From: an uncultured Sediminispirochaeta sp.
GTDB taxonomy: Bacteria; Spirochaetota; Spirochaetia; DSM-16054; Sediminispirochaetaceae
NCBI GenBank assembly: GCA_964394395.1
Contig: CAYMWV010000005.1
Span: 4,780 to 59,335 of the forward strand
Direction of reading: 5' to 3'
DNA: 54,556 nucleotides
Within the stretch, counting starts at the first letter, position 1. Each line of letters opens with the position of its first letter. The notes below the pieces were generated by a model. It made no database searches and had not been told where the DNA came from. It worked only from the letters and a program-made list of their open reading frames with translations. The position numbers and the translations under genes are program-made. Below are positions 1 to 8,697 of the stretch, piece by piece.

Positions 1-892
1 TCTCTATGCCCGCATTTGCGGTAGCCATGGCCGCTTCCAGCACATTTCCGCCCGTATCGGTACGCCCAGTATTCAGTTTGCTGAGTCTCTGGAAGTTTTC
101 ATATGCCCCGGTGAGGGCTGTGTAATATTGCTGACGACTCTCGGCGATGGTTTCAATAGCTTGAATATCTTCCCGAAGACGGGTTATCTTCCGCAAATCT
201 ACTGCCAGGGGCGCAACCTGATCGAGCAGGGAAAGGGCATCCTGAATTCCGTCGTAGTCAAAATCACCGATCGCCTTGAAGGTGGCAACCCGGGCATTAT
301 TGGCCAGATCGATAGCTTCATTCATGATGTAGACCTTCCGCAGCCGCTCCTGCATGGCCTCATCATCCGCATCGTTGGCCAGGTCCTGCTGATAGGAGCT
401 CTCCTGGTTTTCCAGGAAGGCGTTAGCTTGGGCGAGGTACTGGGCAGCCATCCTGTCCAGGGTTACCCGCTCTTCTGCTATATCATCCACAACCTCCATC
501 GTCTCTTTGGCAAGAGCGGCGTATTCATCCACGTACTCCTGGGCAATCACCACATCCTTTGCAAGTTGCACTAGCTTTGGATGGTCGATTGCCAACTGTT
601 TTGCCTCTGCAAGATAGCCATTAAGCGCTTTCAGATACTCCTGAGCAGAATTATAGAAGCTTCGGTCAAAGTTGAGCCCAAAAGCGCGCATCTCGTACAT
701 CACCATCAGAGCGTTGCGCTCAATGTTATTGGCAATCTCAACCTCCGGTACATATTCCTGTTCCAGGGATATGGACTGATCCTGTATCTGCAGCATGTTG
801 ACAATAGCTAATCCCCCGATAGCAACAGCAAGAAGAATCACTATCCCAAAGCCCAGGGTCATTTTCATCCCCAATTTCAAATTTTTTAGCAT
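1..892 (-). CDS. Methyl-accepting chemotaxis protein, N-terminal part (runs off window start)
   Basis: Not in the ORF track. ATG at 892 overlaps the cheW stop (TGATG). Translates MLKNLKLGMKMTLGFGIVILLAVAIGGLAIVNM (typical MCP N-terminus plus TM1), then a helical periplasmic domain. The signalling domain lies outside the window. Confidence 0.8.
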   Translation of the reverse strand, partial: MLKNLKLGMKMTLGFGIVILLAVAIGGLAIVNMLQIQDQSISLEQEYVPEVEIANNIERNALMVMYEMRAFGLNFDRSFYNSAQEYLKALNGYLAEAKQLAIDHPKLVQLAKDVVIAQEYVDEYAALAKETMEVVDDIAEERVTLDRMAAQYLAQANAFLENQESSYQQDLANDADDEAMQERLRKVYIMNEAIDLANNARVATFKAIGDFDYDGIQDALSLLDQVAPLAVDLRKITRLREDIQAIETIAESRQQYYTALTGAYENFQRLSKLNTGRTDTGGNVLEAAMATANAGIE

Positions 893-1401
893 CACACTTC
901 CTCCTCTTTATTAATGGAAAGCACCTCATCCCCGATGAGCATGTCTGTATCAACCAGAATCTTCACCTCATCCCCTATCTTCGCCAGACCGGAGATAAAG
1001 CGATCAGCATCACCTTTATCTTTAAAGGTGGGTGGAGGCTCGATATTGCTATCATCCACATCGGAGACGACCGTAACGGTATCAACAATGCAACCTATCC
1101 TGCGATTCTGAACGTTCACCAGGATCAGACAGGTTCTGTCATCATAATCCCGGAACTCCATCCCGAATCTGCTGCGCATATCGATAACCGGAAAAACATC
1201 TCCCCGCAGATTAACCACCCCCTTCACATAGCTGGGCATATCCGGTACATGGGTGATTTTCTGGATCTCTTCTATCCCCTGCACCTTGGAGATGTCGATC
1301 CCGTACTCCTCCGGGCCCAGCTTGAAAATTAGATATTTACCTCTCTGGGAATCCCCATCTTCCTCATCGTCGATCAGGCCATCAATCATTTCATCTGCCA
1401 T
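892..1401 (-). CDS. cheW: Chemotaxis adaptor CheW
   Basis: KYLIFKLGPEEYGIDI...VKGVVNLRGDVFPVID CheW motifs. Start set at ATG 1401 behind GGAG (ORF track starts at 1413). Confidence 0.95.
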   Translation of the reverse strand: MADEMIDGLIDDEEDGDSQRGKYLIFKLGPEEYGIDISKVQGIEEIQKITHVPDMPSYVKGVVNLRGDVFPVIDMRSRFGMEFRDYDDRTCLILVNVQNRRIGCIVDTVTVVSDVDDSNIEPPPTFKDKGDADRFISGLAKIGDEVKILVDTDMLIGDEVLSINKEEEV

Positions 1402-1531
1402 GTTCAACTCCATTTTCTCTTTTTTGCCATTTTTAAACAGCTTATACTATAATTTTTGCCATATTTCTCCAAAATACAAGAAATATAGTGTTGCATTTTT
1501 ACCTATTTTCTACCTATATTTAATAGGTAAT

Positions 1532-2437
1532 ATGGATAAACAACGATTAGACCCGGATAAAAGCATCCGGGAACTGGAAAGCATCTATAAAATCTCTGAA
1601 CTGGTGGACAATCGGGAGGATGATCTGGAGTATATTCTTCAGGGAACAGCAGAGATCCTTCCAGATGCCTACGGAGGAGAAAAGCGGGTTTACGTTCAAA
1701 TAGAGATGAATGGAAAGATCTATGGCACCGAAAAACATCTTGCGGCCCCGGCGGCCAGGGCTTCTCATGGAAATCCTGCCGGAGCGTCAAAAGATTCAAG
1801 CGACTCAATTGTGCGTCCAATCAGGATTGAGAGGAAGCAGATAGGAACTCTCTCTGTCATATCCAGGGGCACTTGTTCCTTCAACCATGGAAAAACATCT
1901 TCCTTTAAGGACGAGGATATGCTGCTGCTTCAGGTAGTGACTGAACGGCTTGGAAAGATTTGTGAACGGATCCAGGTAAAAAGGGAATTACAACTAAAGG
2001 AGGAGGCGTACCGACAGCGAAATATCGCCTTAAACGAGCTACTGGATCAACATGGCAAGGAAAAGCACCGGATTGCAGCCCAGGTACAGGAGAACATAGA
2101 CAAGATCGTTATGCCTTTGATCTACGATCTGGAAGGGCAGTTGAGTGAATCTGTCCATTCCGGAACCATTCGCCTACTGCGGCAAAATCTGTCAGAGATC
2201 ACCGCTCCCTTCATCTCAAACCTCAGCCGAAACTATAGCTCCCTCACCCTCCGGGAGCTGCAGATATGCGATATGATAAGGAATAATATCAGCTCAAAAG
2301 AGATAGGAGAGATACTTCATATCGCTCCTGCAACGGTACATCACCACCGTGAGTCGATTCGCAGGAAACTGAAACTGAAGGGGCAAAAGGTAAACCTGGC
2401 CGCTTGGCTGCAGGGCCATCGGCTGACGGGGCATTAA
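1532..2437 (+). CDS. LuxR-type HTH regulator with N-terminal GAF-like domain, no receiver domain
   Basis: C-terminal LTLRELQICDMIRNNISSKEIGEILHIAPATVHHHRESIRRKL is a LuxR HTH. Start ATG 1532; the upstream part of the listed ORF is antisense to cheW. Confidence 0.85.
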   Translation: MDKQRLDPDKSIRELESIYKISELVDNREDDLEYILQGTAEILPDAYGGEKRVYVQIEMNGKIYGTEKHLAAPAARASHGNPAGASKDSSDSIVRPIRIERKQIGTLSVISRGTCSFNHGKTSSFKDEDMLLLQVVTERLGKICERIQVKRELQLKEEAYRQRNIALNELLDQHGKEKHRIAAQVQENIDKIVMPLIYDLEGQLSESVHSGTIRLLRQNLSEITAPFISNLSRNYSSLTLRELQICDMIRNNISSKEIGEILHIAPATVHHHRESIRRKLKLKGQKVNLAAWLQGHRLTGH

Positions 2438-2460
2438 GCACATCTAATACTCGAAAAAGA

Positions 2461-2479
2461 TTGCGGGACAGCCTCAATT
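2461..2479. repeat. Solitary terminal-inverted-repeat end of the 128-bp MITE family
   Basis: TTGCGGGACAGCCTC-AATT is identical to the right end of the element at 3436-3454. Confidence 0.75.
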
Positions 2480-2557
2480 TTTTTCCTGCAGTGTAACTAT
2501 CCCCCTTTTCGCCTGTTTTATCATTATAGGAAACTCATAAAAACAAAGGAGTAGTTT

Positions 2558-3241
2558 ATGAATCGTTCTCTCTCTCGGCTGGCACTGGTACTTGTTATGC
2601 TTATTGTCATCACAGCAATGGTATCAGCGCAAAATCTCTCTCTTAACTTCTCAAGGCGAACCGATGCCAGCAGCAGCTACGGCGGATGGAAAACAAGTGG
2701 AGGGCGCCTGCAACAGTCTGATGTTGTGAATCCTCTTACCAAAATCAACTTCCGGGTTCCCCAAAGCGGGGAGATGGAGTATACCTTCGATGTCAGATAT
2801 GAGGGTGGAGGAGTTGAGGACCGGAAGGCAGGTTTTGGTCTTCAGGTTTTTGTAGATAAGGCCCACACAGGTAAAAGCTGGGGAAATGGAGATTCATGGC
2901 TCCTGTGGCTCAACTACGATGAGAAGGCATCTTACGGTGGTAAGGGGTTCAGAGCCCAGGTTTACCGGAGCAAGAGCGACACCAACATGGTGATTCTTGA
3001 GGATTACAACGTACCCCTGGATGATTCGGTCCTTACCGATGCCCAACTTGACACTGTTGTTCCTGCAAAGATTGTGGTAAACGGTAACACCGGAGAGGTA
3101 AAGGTTTGGGATCCCACGGTTAGCAATCGATACTATCGGTTCTATCTTCCGGAAGCTCCCGGCAGGGGTTCCTATGTTTCATTGCGGACCAACAGTCTTG
3201 CAGCGAGCTTTGATAATTTCGAAGTAAGAAAGCTCCGCTAA
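2558..3241 (+). CDS. Secreted hypothetical protein, predicted beta-rich (lectin/DUF1080-like?)
   Basis: AAGGAG RBS, signal peptide ending ..MVSA/Q, C-terminal SFDNFEVRKL. The fold is a guess. Confidence 0.7.
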   Translation: MNRSLSRLALVLVMLIVITAMVSAQNLSLNFSRRTDASSSYGGWKTSGGRLQQSDVVNPLTKINFRVPQSGEMEYTFDVRYEGGGVEDRKAGFGLQVFVDKAHTGKSWGNGDSWLLWLNYDEKASYGGKGFRAQVYRSKSDTNMVILEDYNVPLDDSVLTDAQLDTVVPAKIVVNGNTGEVKVWDPTVSNRYYRFYLPEAPGRGSYVSLRTNSLAASFDNFEVRKLR

Positions 3242-3284
3242 TCTGCGCCGCTTCTTTTCCGGGAAGGCCCATTGCCTTTCCTCA

Positions 3285-3318
3285 ATAGCCCTGTCTGGAA
3301 TTTTTCCGGCAGGGCTAT
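3285..3318 (+). terminator. Hairpin after the 2558-3241 gene (probable intrinsic terminator, followed directly by the MITE)
   Basis: ATAGCCCTGTCTGGAA...TTCCGGCAGGGCTAT imperfect stem; no clear U-tract. Confidence 0.5.
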
Positions 3319-3322
3319 AGTT

Positions 3323-3450
3323 CAGGCTATCCCGCAACATTAATCCCACTGAATCGAGGCTGTCTGTACAGCTATATATGGTGCTATTACAGTTTTCTAA
3401 CCACTATGTGTAGCGTGTGCAATGCTCGGGAAAGGTTGCGGGACAGCCTC
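3323..3450 (+). mobile_element. 128-bp MITE copy 1 (IS1182-like ends) with two NrdR-box-like sites
   Basis: TIRs CAGGCTATCCCGCAAC / GTTGCGGGACAGCCTC; flanks AGTT/AATT. 110/128 identical (manual count) to the reverse complement of 5054-5181. Confidence 0.85.
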
Positions 3451-3452
3451 AA

Positions 3453-3481
3453 TTGACATTGCCCCCCCCACATGATACTGT
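3453..3481 (+). promoter_or_regulatory. Sigma-70 promoter of the surA/ppiD-like gene
   Basis: TTGACA (3453-3458), 17 bp spacer, TACTGT (3476-3481) with extended TG. Confidence 0.65.
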
Positions 3482-3524
3482 TCTTCGATACATATAACCA
3501 TATCCCAATTCGAAAGGTAGAGTA

Positions 3525-5036
3525 ATGCCAACTAGTTCAAAAGATTACGACAAGGAAAACGCAGTAGAAAAAAAACGGAAACAGCACCCATTTCTCTGGA
3601 TTTTCAGCGTGCTTATTTTGGTGATCATTGTTGTCACCTTTGTGGGAGCTCCGATCATGTCCGGCTTAGGAGGATCCCAAGGTCTTGTATTTGGGCAATG
3701 GGACGGTGAACCGATTGAGTACCGGGCGGATAACTATTTTGCCCGCCAAAGGGATATGATCGCCGAACAGTACCAGTCGATGTTTCAGCAGGAAGATAAT
3801 GTGGAATTCCAACTTTTCCAGGTTTGGAACAGCGCTTTTGAATCTACGGTTATTCACATGGCTATCCTCGATCAGGCAGCAAGGAGCGGCCTGGTCATTG
3901 GTGAAAAAAGTGTTGACAAGGCCCTCACCTCCTACCCCGGGTACCGATTGAACGGGAAATTCAGCCCCGAAGCGTACCGGGACACCCCCAACAGCGAAAA
4001 GTTCTCTGTGAGAAACTACTACCGGGAAAGTCTCATTCATCAGCAATGGATAGAAGATGTAACATCGGTAAAAAGCAGCCAGGGGGAACAGGAGTTTTTC
4101 ATCTCCATGGTAAGCCCAGAGCGCAATTTCACCTTTGTCTCCTGGAACCTGGAAGATTATCCGGATGAGAAGATTGCCGAATACGGCAGCTCTAAACAGG
4201 AGCTTTTTTCCGAAGGCGCTTTTAGCCGTATCACCCTGGGAGATGATAAAACCGCCGCTCAATCGATCCTGGATCAGCTGAGAAGCGGTTCCGCCACCTT
4301 CTCGGAACTTGCCCAGAGCCACTCCACCGACATTTATGCGGAGAAGGGTGGTGATATGGGCTATGTAATGCGATACGTCCTACACTCTGATATTGAGTCG
4401 GAGGAAGATCGTAACAAGGTGTTCTCTCTGAACCCCGATGAGGTGAGTGATCTCATCAAGACCCCTTTCGGATATGCCATCTACCAGGCAAACGGACCAG
4501 TTCGTGAAGCAGATTTCACCAGCCCCGAGATCCTTGAAAAGGTTTTCAGTTACATGCTTACCAATGATCGAGGGATCATTGAAGACTACTTCATTAATGA
4601 AGGCAGGGATTTTGCAAAACAGGCCGAAGAAGCGGGATTTCAGGAGAGCGCCCTTTCCCGGGACATGGTCTCCCATCTGACCGACTTCTTTCCCATCAAT
4701 TACGGCAGCATCAATTTTATGAAGAGTATCCGCACCATGGACAACTCTTCCCTGCTTCAGTCGGTCTCTTCCAATGAACGGATCTTAAAGCTCCTCTTCT
4801 CCCTCGAAAAAGGGGTAGCCTCAGAACCCCAGGTTATCGGAAATAGCGTCATTGTTTTCCAGATGCTTGAGGAGCGGGAGGCTCCAGAGGAGATGAAGTC
4901 GATCGTGAAGGACAATTATGATGCTATTCAGCAACAGTTTATCGACCGAGAAATTCGCAGACTGTTTTTCAATTCCGATAAACTGGAAAACAATTTCATG
5001 GAAGTGTTCAGCCAGTACTTCCTGGACCGCAGCTGA
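3525..5036 (+). CDS. SurA/PpiD-like membrane-anchored peptidyl-prolyl isomerase chaperone
   Basis: N-terminal TM, SurA_N-like region, parvulin motif TFSELAQSHSTD..AEKGGDMG...VSDLIKTPFGYAI. Confidence 0.85.
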   Translation: MPTSSKDYDKENAVEKKRKQHPFLWIFSVLILVIIVVTFVGAPIMSGLGGSQGLVFGQWDGEPIEYRADNYFARQRDMIAEQYQSMFQQEDNVEFQLFQVWNSAFESTVIHMAILDQAARSGLVIGEKSVDKALTSYPGYRLNGKFSPEAYRDTPNSEKFSVRNYYRESLIHQQWIEDVTSVKSSQGEQEFFISMVSPERNFTFVSWNLEDYPDEKIAEYGSSKQELFSEGAFSRITLGDDKTAAQSILDQLRSGSATFSELAQSHSTDIYAEKGGDMGYVMRYVLHSDIESEEDRNKVFSLNPDEVSDLIKTPFGYAIYQANGPVREADFTSPEILEKVFSYMLTNDRGIIEDYFINEGRDFAKQAEEAGFQESALSRDMVSHLTDFFPINYGSINFMKSIRTMDNSSLLQSVSSNERILKLLFSLEKGVASEPQVIGNSVIVFQMLEEREAPEEMKSIVKDNYDAIQQQFIDREIRRLFFNSDKLENNFMEVFSQYFLDRS

Positions 5037-5053
5037 CTCGACAAGAACTGATT

Positions 5054-5181
5054 GAGGCTGTCCCGCAACCTTTCTTGAGCTTTATGCACGCTACATATAG
5101 TGGTTATAAAACTGTAACACCACCGTATAGAGTGGTTTCGACAGCCTCGATTCAGTGGGATTAATGTTGCGGGACAGCCTG
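5054..5181 (-). mobile_element. 128-bp MITE copy 2 (inverted relative to copy 1)
   Basis: TIRs GAGGCTGTCCCGCAAC / GTTGCGGGACAGCCTG; flanks GATT/AATT; same length as copy 1. Confidence 0.85.
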
Positions 5182-5249
5182 AATTCGACGGAGCTGATGC
5201 ACCACATAGGAAACTTTTGTATGGCAATTGTGGTATGAATGATGGTAGC

Positions 5250-6860
5250 ATGAGCGATAACATTGAAAGCCCTCTCCTGATAAGCACAGGCGGAGGGTTT
5301 TCCTGTACCTGGAAGGGCAGACAGCTCTACCACCCGGATCGGCCCATCTACCAGGCCTGTAACAGAAGCAAAGCCTTTTCTCCCCTTGAAGAAGAGATCA
5401 TTTTTATTCCCTCTCCCCTCCTCTGGTACGGTGTAGAAACGCTTCTGGAAAAAATACCATCTTCCTCGATTATTCTTGCCGTGGAAGCGGAAGCGGCGCT
5501 CTACCATCTATCCCGGGAGAGGATCCCGGAGGAGGTGAAGAGGGACCGGCGAGTCACCCTCCTTCCTGCAAGGGAGCTTGACAGCTTCTTGAAGAGGTTG
5601 GATGCATCAAGGCTTCGAAGATGCCGGATGCTCACCCTCAACGGAGCTTACACCCTCCACCGCAAGCTGTATAGAACCATGTTTGAAAGCATCATGGCTA
5701 CGATAAAACGCTTCTGGCAAAACAGGATGACCCTCACCTGGCTCGGCCCCTTATGGATGAAGAACCTCTTCGCCAACTGTGCAAGCCTCGGCGGTGGCGG
5801 CAATTGCTGTTACGCCATTGAGAAAATAAGGTCAGAGAGACCGGTTCTGATTGTCGGTGCCGGTCCCTCCCTTGACGAGGTCTTACCCCTGATTAAGGAA
5901 TATCATTCCAGCTTCACCATACTCGCAGTAGACACCGCCCTGGCAAGTCTCTTAGCCCATGGGATTATTCCAGACTTTGGACTTGCCCAGGATGGCCAAT
6001 TCCACACCATGGGAGATTTCTCCTGTGCTCCCGGGACGCTTGAGATCCCGATCTTCTTTGACCTCACCTCAACGAAATCGCTGCCCAGACATCTAACAGG
6101 TGGAATACTCCCCTTCTTTACCCGGTTTGATCGATCATCCTTTACCGCTCGTCTTGAAGAGAGCCTTTCCTTCCTTTCCGTTCTCCCTCCTCTCGGCTCG
6201 GTGGGGATAACAGCCCTGGAAATTGCCCTGCGGCTCAACGCTCCGGAGGTCTGGATTGCAGGACTCGATTTTGCCTACCTCCTGGGGAAGAGCCACGCAA
6301 AGGGAACTCCCTACCACCAGAGGGAGCTCTACCGGCGAAGCCGGCTCAAGCCGGAGGGAGACTTTGCTACTATTCTGAAACGCAATCCCCACAGGCTGGA
6401 AGGAAAGGAGGATGAGCTTCCCCAGGTTTATACCGACCCGGTACTCTCCAGTTACCATGACACATTCTCAAACCTGCTTCTCAAATCAGGAGAGACTCAC
6501 CGGCTTATCCACTCCCTACGCTCTCCGCTCTCTTCCAAAGCAGAGCTGCAAACTGCCCTGGAAGAGGTGAGAGAGCACTATCCCAATTCCGGGGATAGGC
6601 AATTCTGCGGCGTATCGGAAGAGGCGCTTTACCCTGGAAAGATAAAACTGTTTCTGGAACAGGAGCTGCAGCTTCTGGAAAGGTATCTATCCGGAGAAGC
6701 CACTTTGATCAGAGAGATCGATTACACCTATCGTTTTTTTCCTGATCTGCACCGCTTCGATCCTGACGATCCCGCTCCAGGTTTTATCAAACGAATAGAG
6801 ACTTCGGCCAGAAGGTTCAGAAAACAGATTGAGTCTGCCCTTACTCTCCATCGCTTTTAA
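5250..6860 (+). CDS. Maf/DUF115 (MAF_flag10, MptE-like) family protein
   Basis: VLIVGAGPSL, ILAVDTA, GSV, IAGLDFAY...SHAKG motifs. Start uncertain (5217-5250). The 3' end overlaps lepA convergently by 20 bp. Confidence 0.75.
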   Translation: MSDNIESPLLISTGGGFSCTWKGRQLYHPDRPIYQACNRSKAFSPLEEEIIFIPSPLLWYGVETLLEKIPSSSIILAVEAEAALYHLSRERIPEEVKRDRRVTLLPARELDSFLKRLDASRLRRCRMLTLNGAYTLHRKLYRTMFESIMATIKRFWQNRMTLTWLGPLWMKNLFANCASLGGGGNCCYAIEKIRSERPVLIVGAGPSLDEVLPLIKEYHSSFTILAVDTALASLLAHGIIPDFGLAQDGQFHTMGDFSCAPGTLEIPIFFDLTSTKSLPRHLTGGILPFFTRFDRSSFTARLEESLSFLSVLPPLGSVGITALEIALRLNAPEVWIAGLDFAYLLGKSHAKGTPYHQRELYRRSRLKPEGDFATILKRNPHRLEGKEDELPQVYTDPVLSSYHDTFSNLLLKSGETHRLIHSLRSPLSSKAELQTALEEVREHYPNSGDRQFCGVSEEALYPGKIKLFLEQELQLLERYLSGEATLIREIDYTYRFFPDLHRFDPDDPAPGFIKRIETSARRFRKQIESALTLHRF

Positions 6861-8649
6861 GAACCGAAAGGAAGGCGTTCTGAGGGACTTCGACATTCCC
6901 AACCATCTTCATCCGCTTCTTTCCTTCTTTCTGCTTCTCCAGGAGTTTTCGTTTCCGGCTGATATCGCCTCCGTAACACTTGGCGGTAACATCCTTTCTC
7001 AGGGCGGTGATGGTCTCTCTTGCTATTATGTTGCTGCCCACAGCTCCCTGAATCGGGATCTTGAACTGCTGTTTCGGAATCTCCCCCCGCAGTTTCTTGC
7101 AGATCTTCCTGGCCCGGTAGGCGGCATTTTCCCGGAACACAAGCTGGCTGAGGGCATCTACCACCTCGCCATTTACCAGAATATCGAGGCGAACGAGATC
7201 GGTCTCCTTCATCTCCGATACATCATAGTCAAAGGAAGCGTATCCCCGGCTTACCGATTTAAGCCGGTCGTAAAACTCGTAGAGCACCTCCGCCAGGGGC
7301 ATCTCATAGACCATCTCTACCCGTTTTTCATCAAGATAGGTCATGGATTGCTGGATCCCCCGCTTCTCCAGACAGAGGTTCATGATCGCACCCAGATAGT
7401 CACTGGGGGTGATAATGGTCGCTTTGATATAGGGTTCACGGATAGCTTCTATTTTCATCTGGTCGGGAAACTTCAAAGGGTTATCCAGCTCAAGAACCTC
7501 ACCGCTCTTCAAATGAACCTGGTAGCGTACCGAAGGACTGGTAAATACCACCGAAAGTCCAAACTCCCGCTCCAGCCGCTCCTGAACAACCTCCAGGTGA
7601 AGGAGCCCCAGAAAACCACAGCGGAAACCGAAGCCAAGAGCTGCGGATGAATCTTTTTCATACACCAGCGATGCATCATTCAATTTCAATTTATCCAGGG
7701 CGGTATGAAGCATCTCATAATCATCACTATCGATGGGGTAGATGGAGGAGAATACTACCGGTTTAACCTCTTTGAAACCTCTTCTCGGGACCGCACAGGG
7801 CTGTTTTTTGTGGGTTACCGTATCTCCAACAGTGATATCACTGATGGTCTTGATCCCGGCAATCATATACCCCACCTGGCCGGCGTGAAGCCCTTCGGTG
7901 GGAAGCAAATCTCCCAAAAACATCCCCACTTCTTCGACCCCATATTCGGCACCGTTGTTCATCAGCCGAATTTCATCTCCCCTCTTCAAGATCCCTTCAT
8001 ACAATCGAAGATGCACAACCACCCCCCGGTAGGGGTCGTAATGGCTGTCGAAAATGAGCGCCTTGAGAGGCTCCTTTTCATCTCCCTCCGGAGGGGGAAT
8101 AAGGGTTACCAGGGTTTCCAACAGTTCATCCACCCCCTCCCCGGTCTTTGCCGAAACCATCACTGCGTGGTCCGGATCGAGTCCCAGATCATGTTCAATT
8201 TGATGACGCACCATGGGCAGGTTGGCGCTGGGCAGATCTATTTTGTTAACCACAGGGATTATTTCCAGATCCAGTTCCACCGCCATATACATGTTGGCAA
8301 AGGTCTGCGCCTCCACCCCCTGACTGGCATCGATCAACAACAAGGCGCCTTCACAAGCACTGATCGCTCTGGAGACTTCATAGGAGAAATCGACATGGCC
8401 GGGGGTATCAACCAGATTAAGCTCATAGATGCTTCCATCATCAGCCTCGTAGGGGATGGTAATGGCCTGGCTCTTAATGGTTATGCCTCTCTCCCGCTCT
8501 ATATCCATGCTGTCAAGGAACTGATCCTTGAATTTTCTGATATCAATTACCTTGGCTTTCTGAATAAACCGGTCAGCCAGAGTGGATTTTCCGTGATCGA
8601 TGTGGGCAATTATACAGAAGTTGCGCATCTTTTCTCGAGGTATCTTCAT
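6841..8649 (-). CDS. lepA: Elongation factor 4 LepA
   Basis: RNFCIIAHIDHGKSTLADR, DTPGHVDF, C-terminal KCYGGDISRKRKLLEKQKEGKKRMK. Confidence 0.98.
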   Translation of the reverse strand: MKIPREKMRNFCIIAHIDHGKSTLADRFIQKAKVIDIRKFKDQFLDSMDIERERGITIKSQAITIPYEADDGSIYELNLVDTPGHVDFSYEVSRAISACEGALLLIDASQGVEAQTFANMYMAVELDLEIIPVVNKIDLPSANLPMVRHQIEHDLGLDPDHAVMVSAKTGEGVDELLETLVTLIPPPEGDEKEPLKALIFDSHYDPYRGVVVHLRLYEGILKRGDEIRLMNNGAEYGVEEVGMFLGDLLPTEGLHAGQVGYMIAGIKTISDITVGDTVTHKKQPCAVPRRGFKEVKPVVFSSIYPIDSDDYEMLHTALDKLKLNDASLVYEKDSSAALGFGFRCGFLGLLHLEVVQERLEREFGLSVVFTSPSVRYQVHLKSGEVLELDNPLKFPDQMKIEAIREPYIKATIITPSDYLGAIMNLCLEKRGIQQSMTYLDEKRVEMVYEMPLAEVLYEFYDRLKSVSRGYASFDYDVSEMKETDLVRLDILVNGEVVDALSQLVFRENAAYRARKICKKLRGEIPKQQFKIPIQGAVGSNIIARETITALRKDVTAKCYGGDISRKRKLLEKQKEGKKRMKMVGNVEVPQNAFLSVLKSDGE

Positions 8650-8656
8650 CGGCCGT

Positions 8657-8685
8657 ACTATACCCTATGCAGTACCTTTCATCAA
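8657..8685 (-). promoter_or_regulatory. Sigma-70 promoter, probably leaderless lepA
   Basis: TTGATG, 17 bp, TATAGT, 7 nt, ATG; no SD. Confidence 0.6.
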
Positions 8686-8697
8686 GACAGGCTGCTT

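Noticed and set aside
128-811. Plus-strand ORFs 128-574 and 581-811
   Set aside because: Antisense shadows of the MCP gene.
1476-1491. Single NrdR-like half match (ACACTATATTTCTTGT, minus strand)
   Set aside because: Right half does not fit, there is no partner at 32 bp, and the context is AT-rich.
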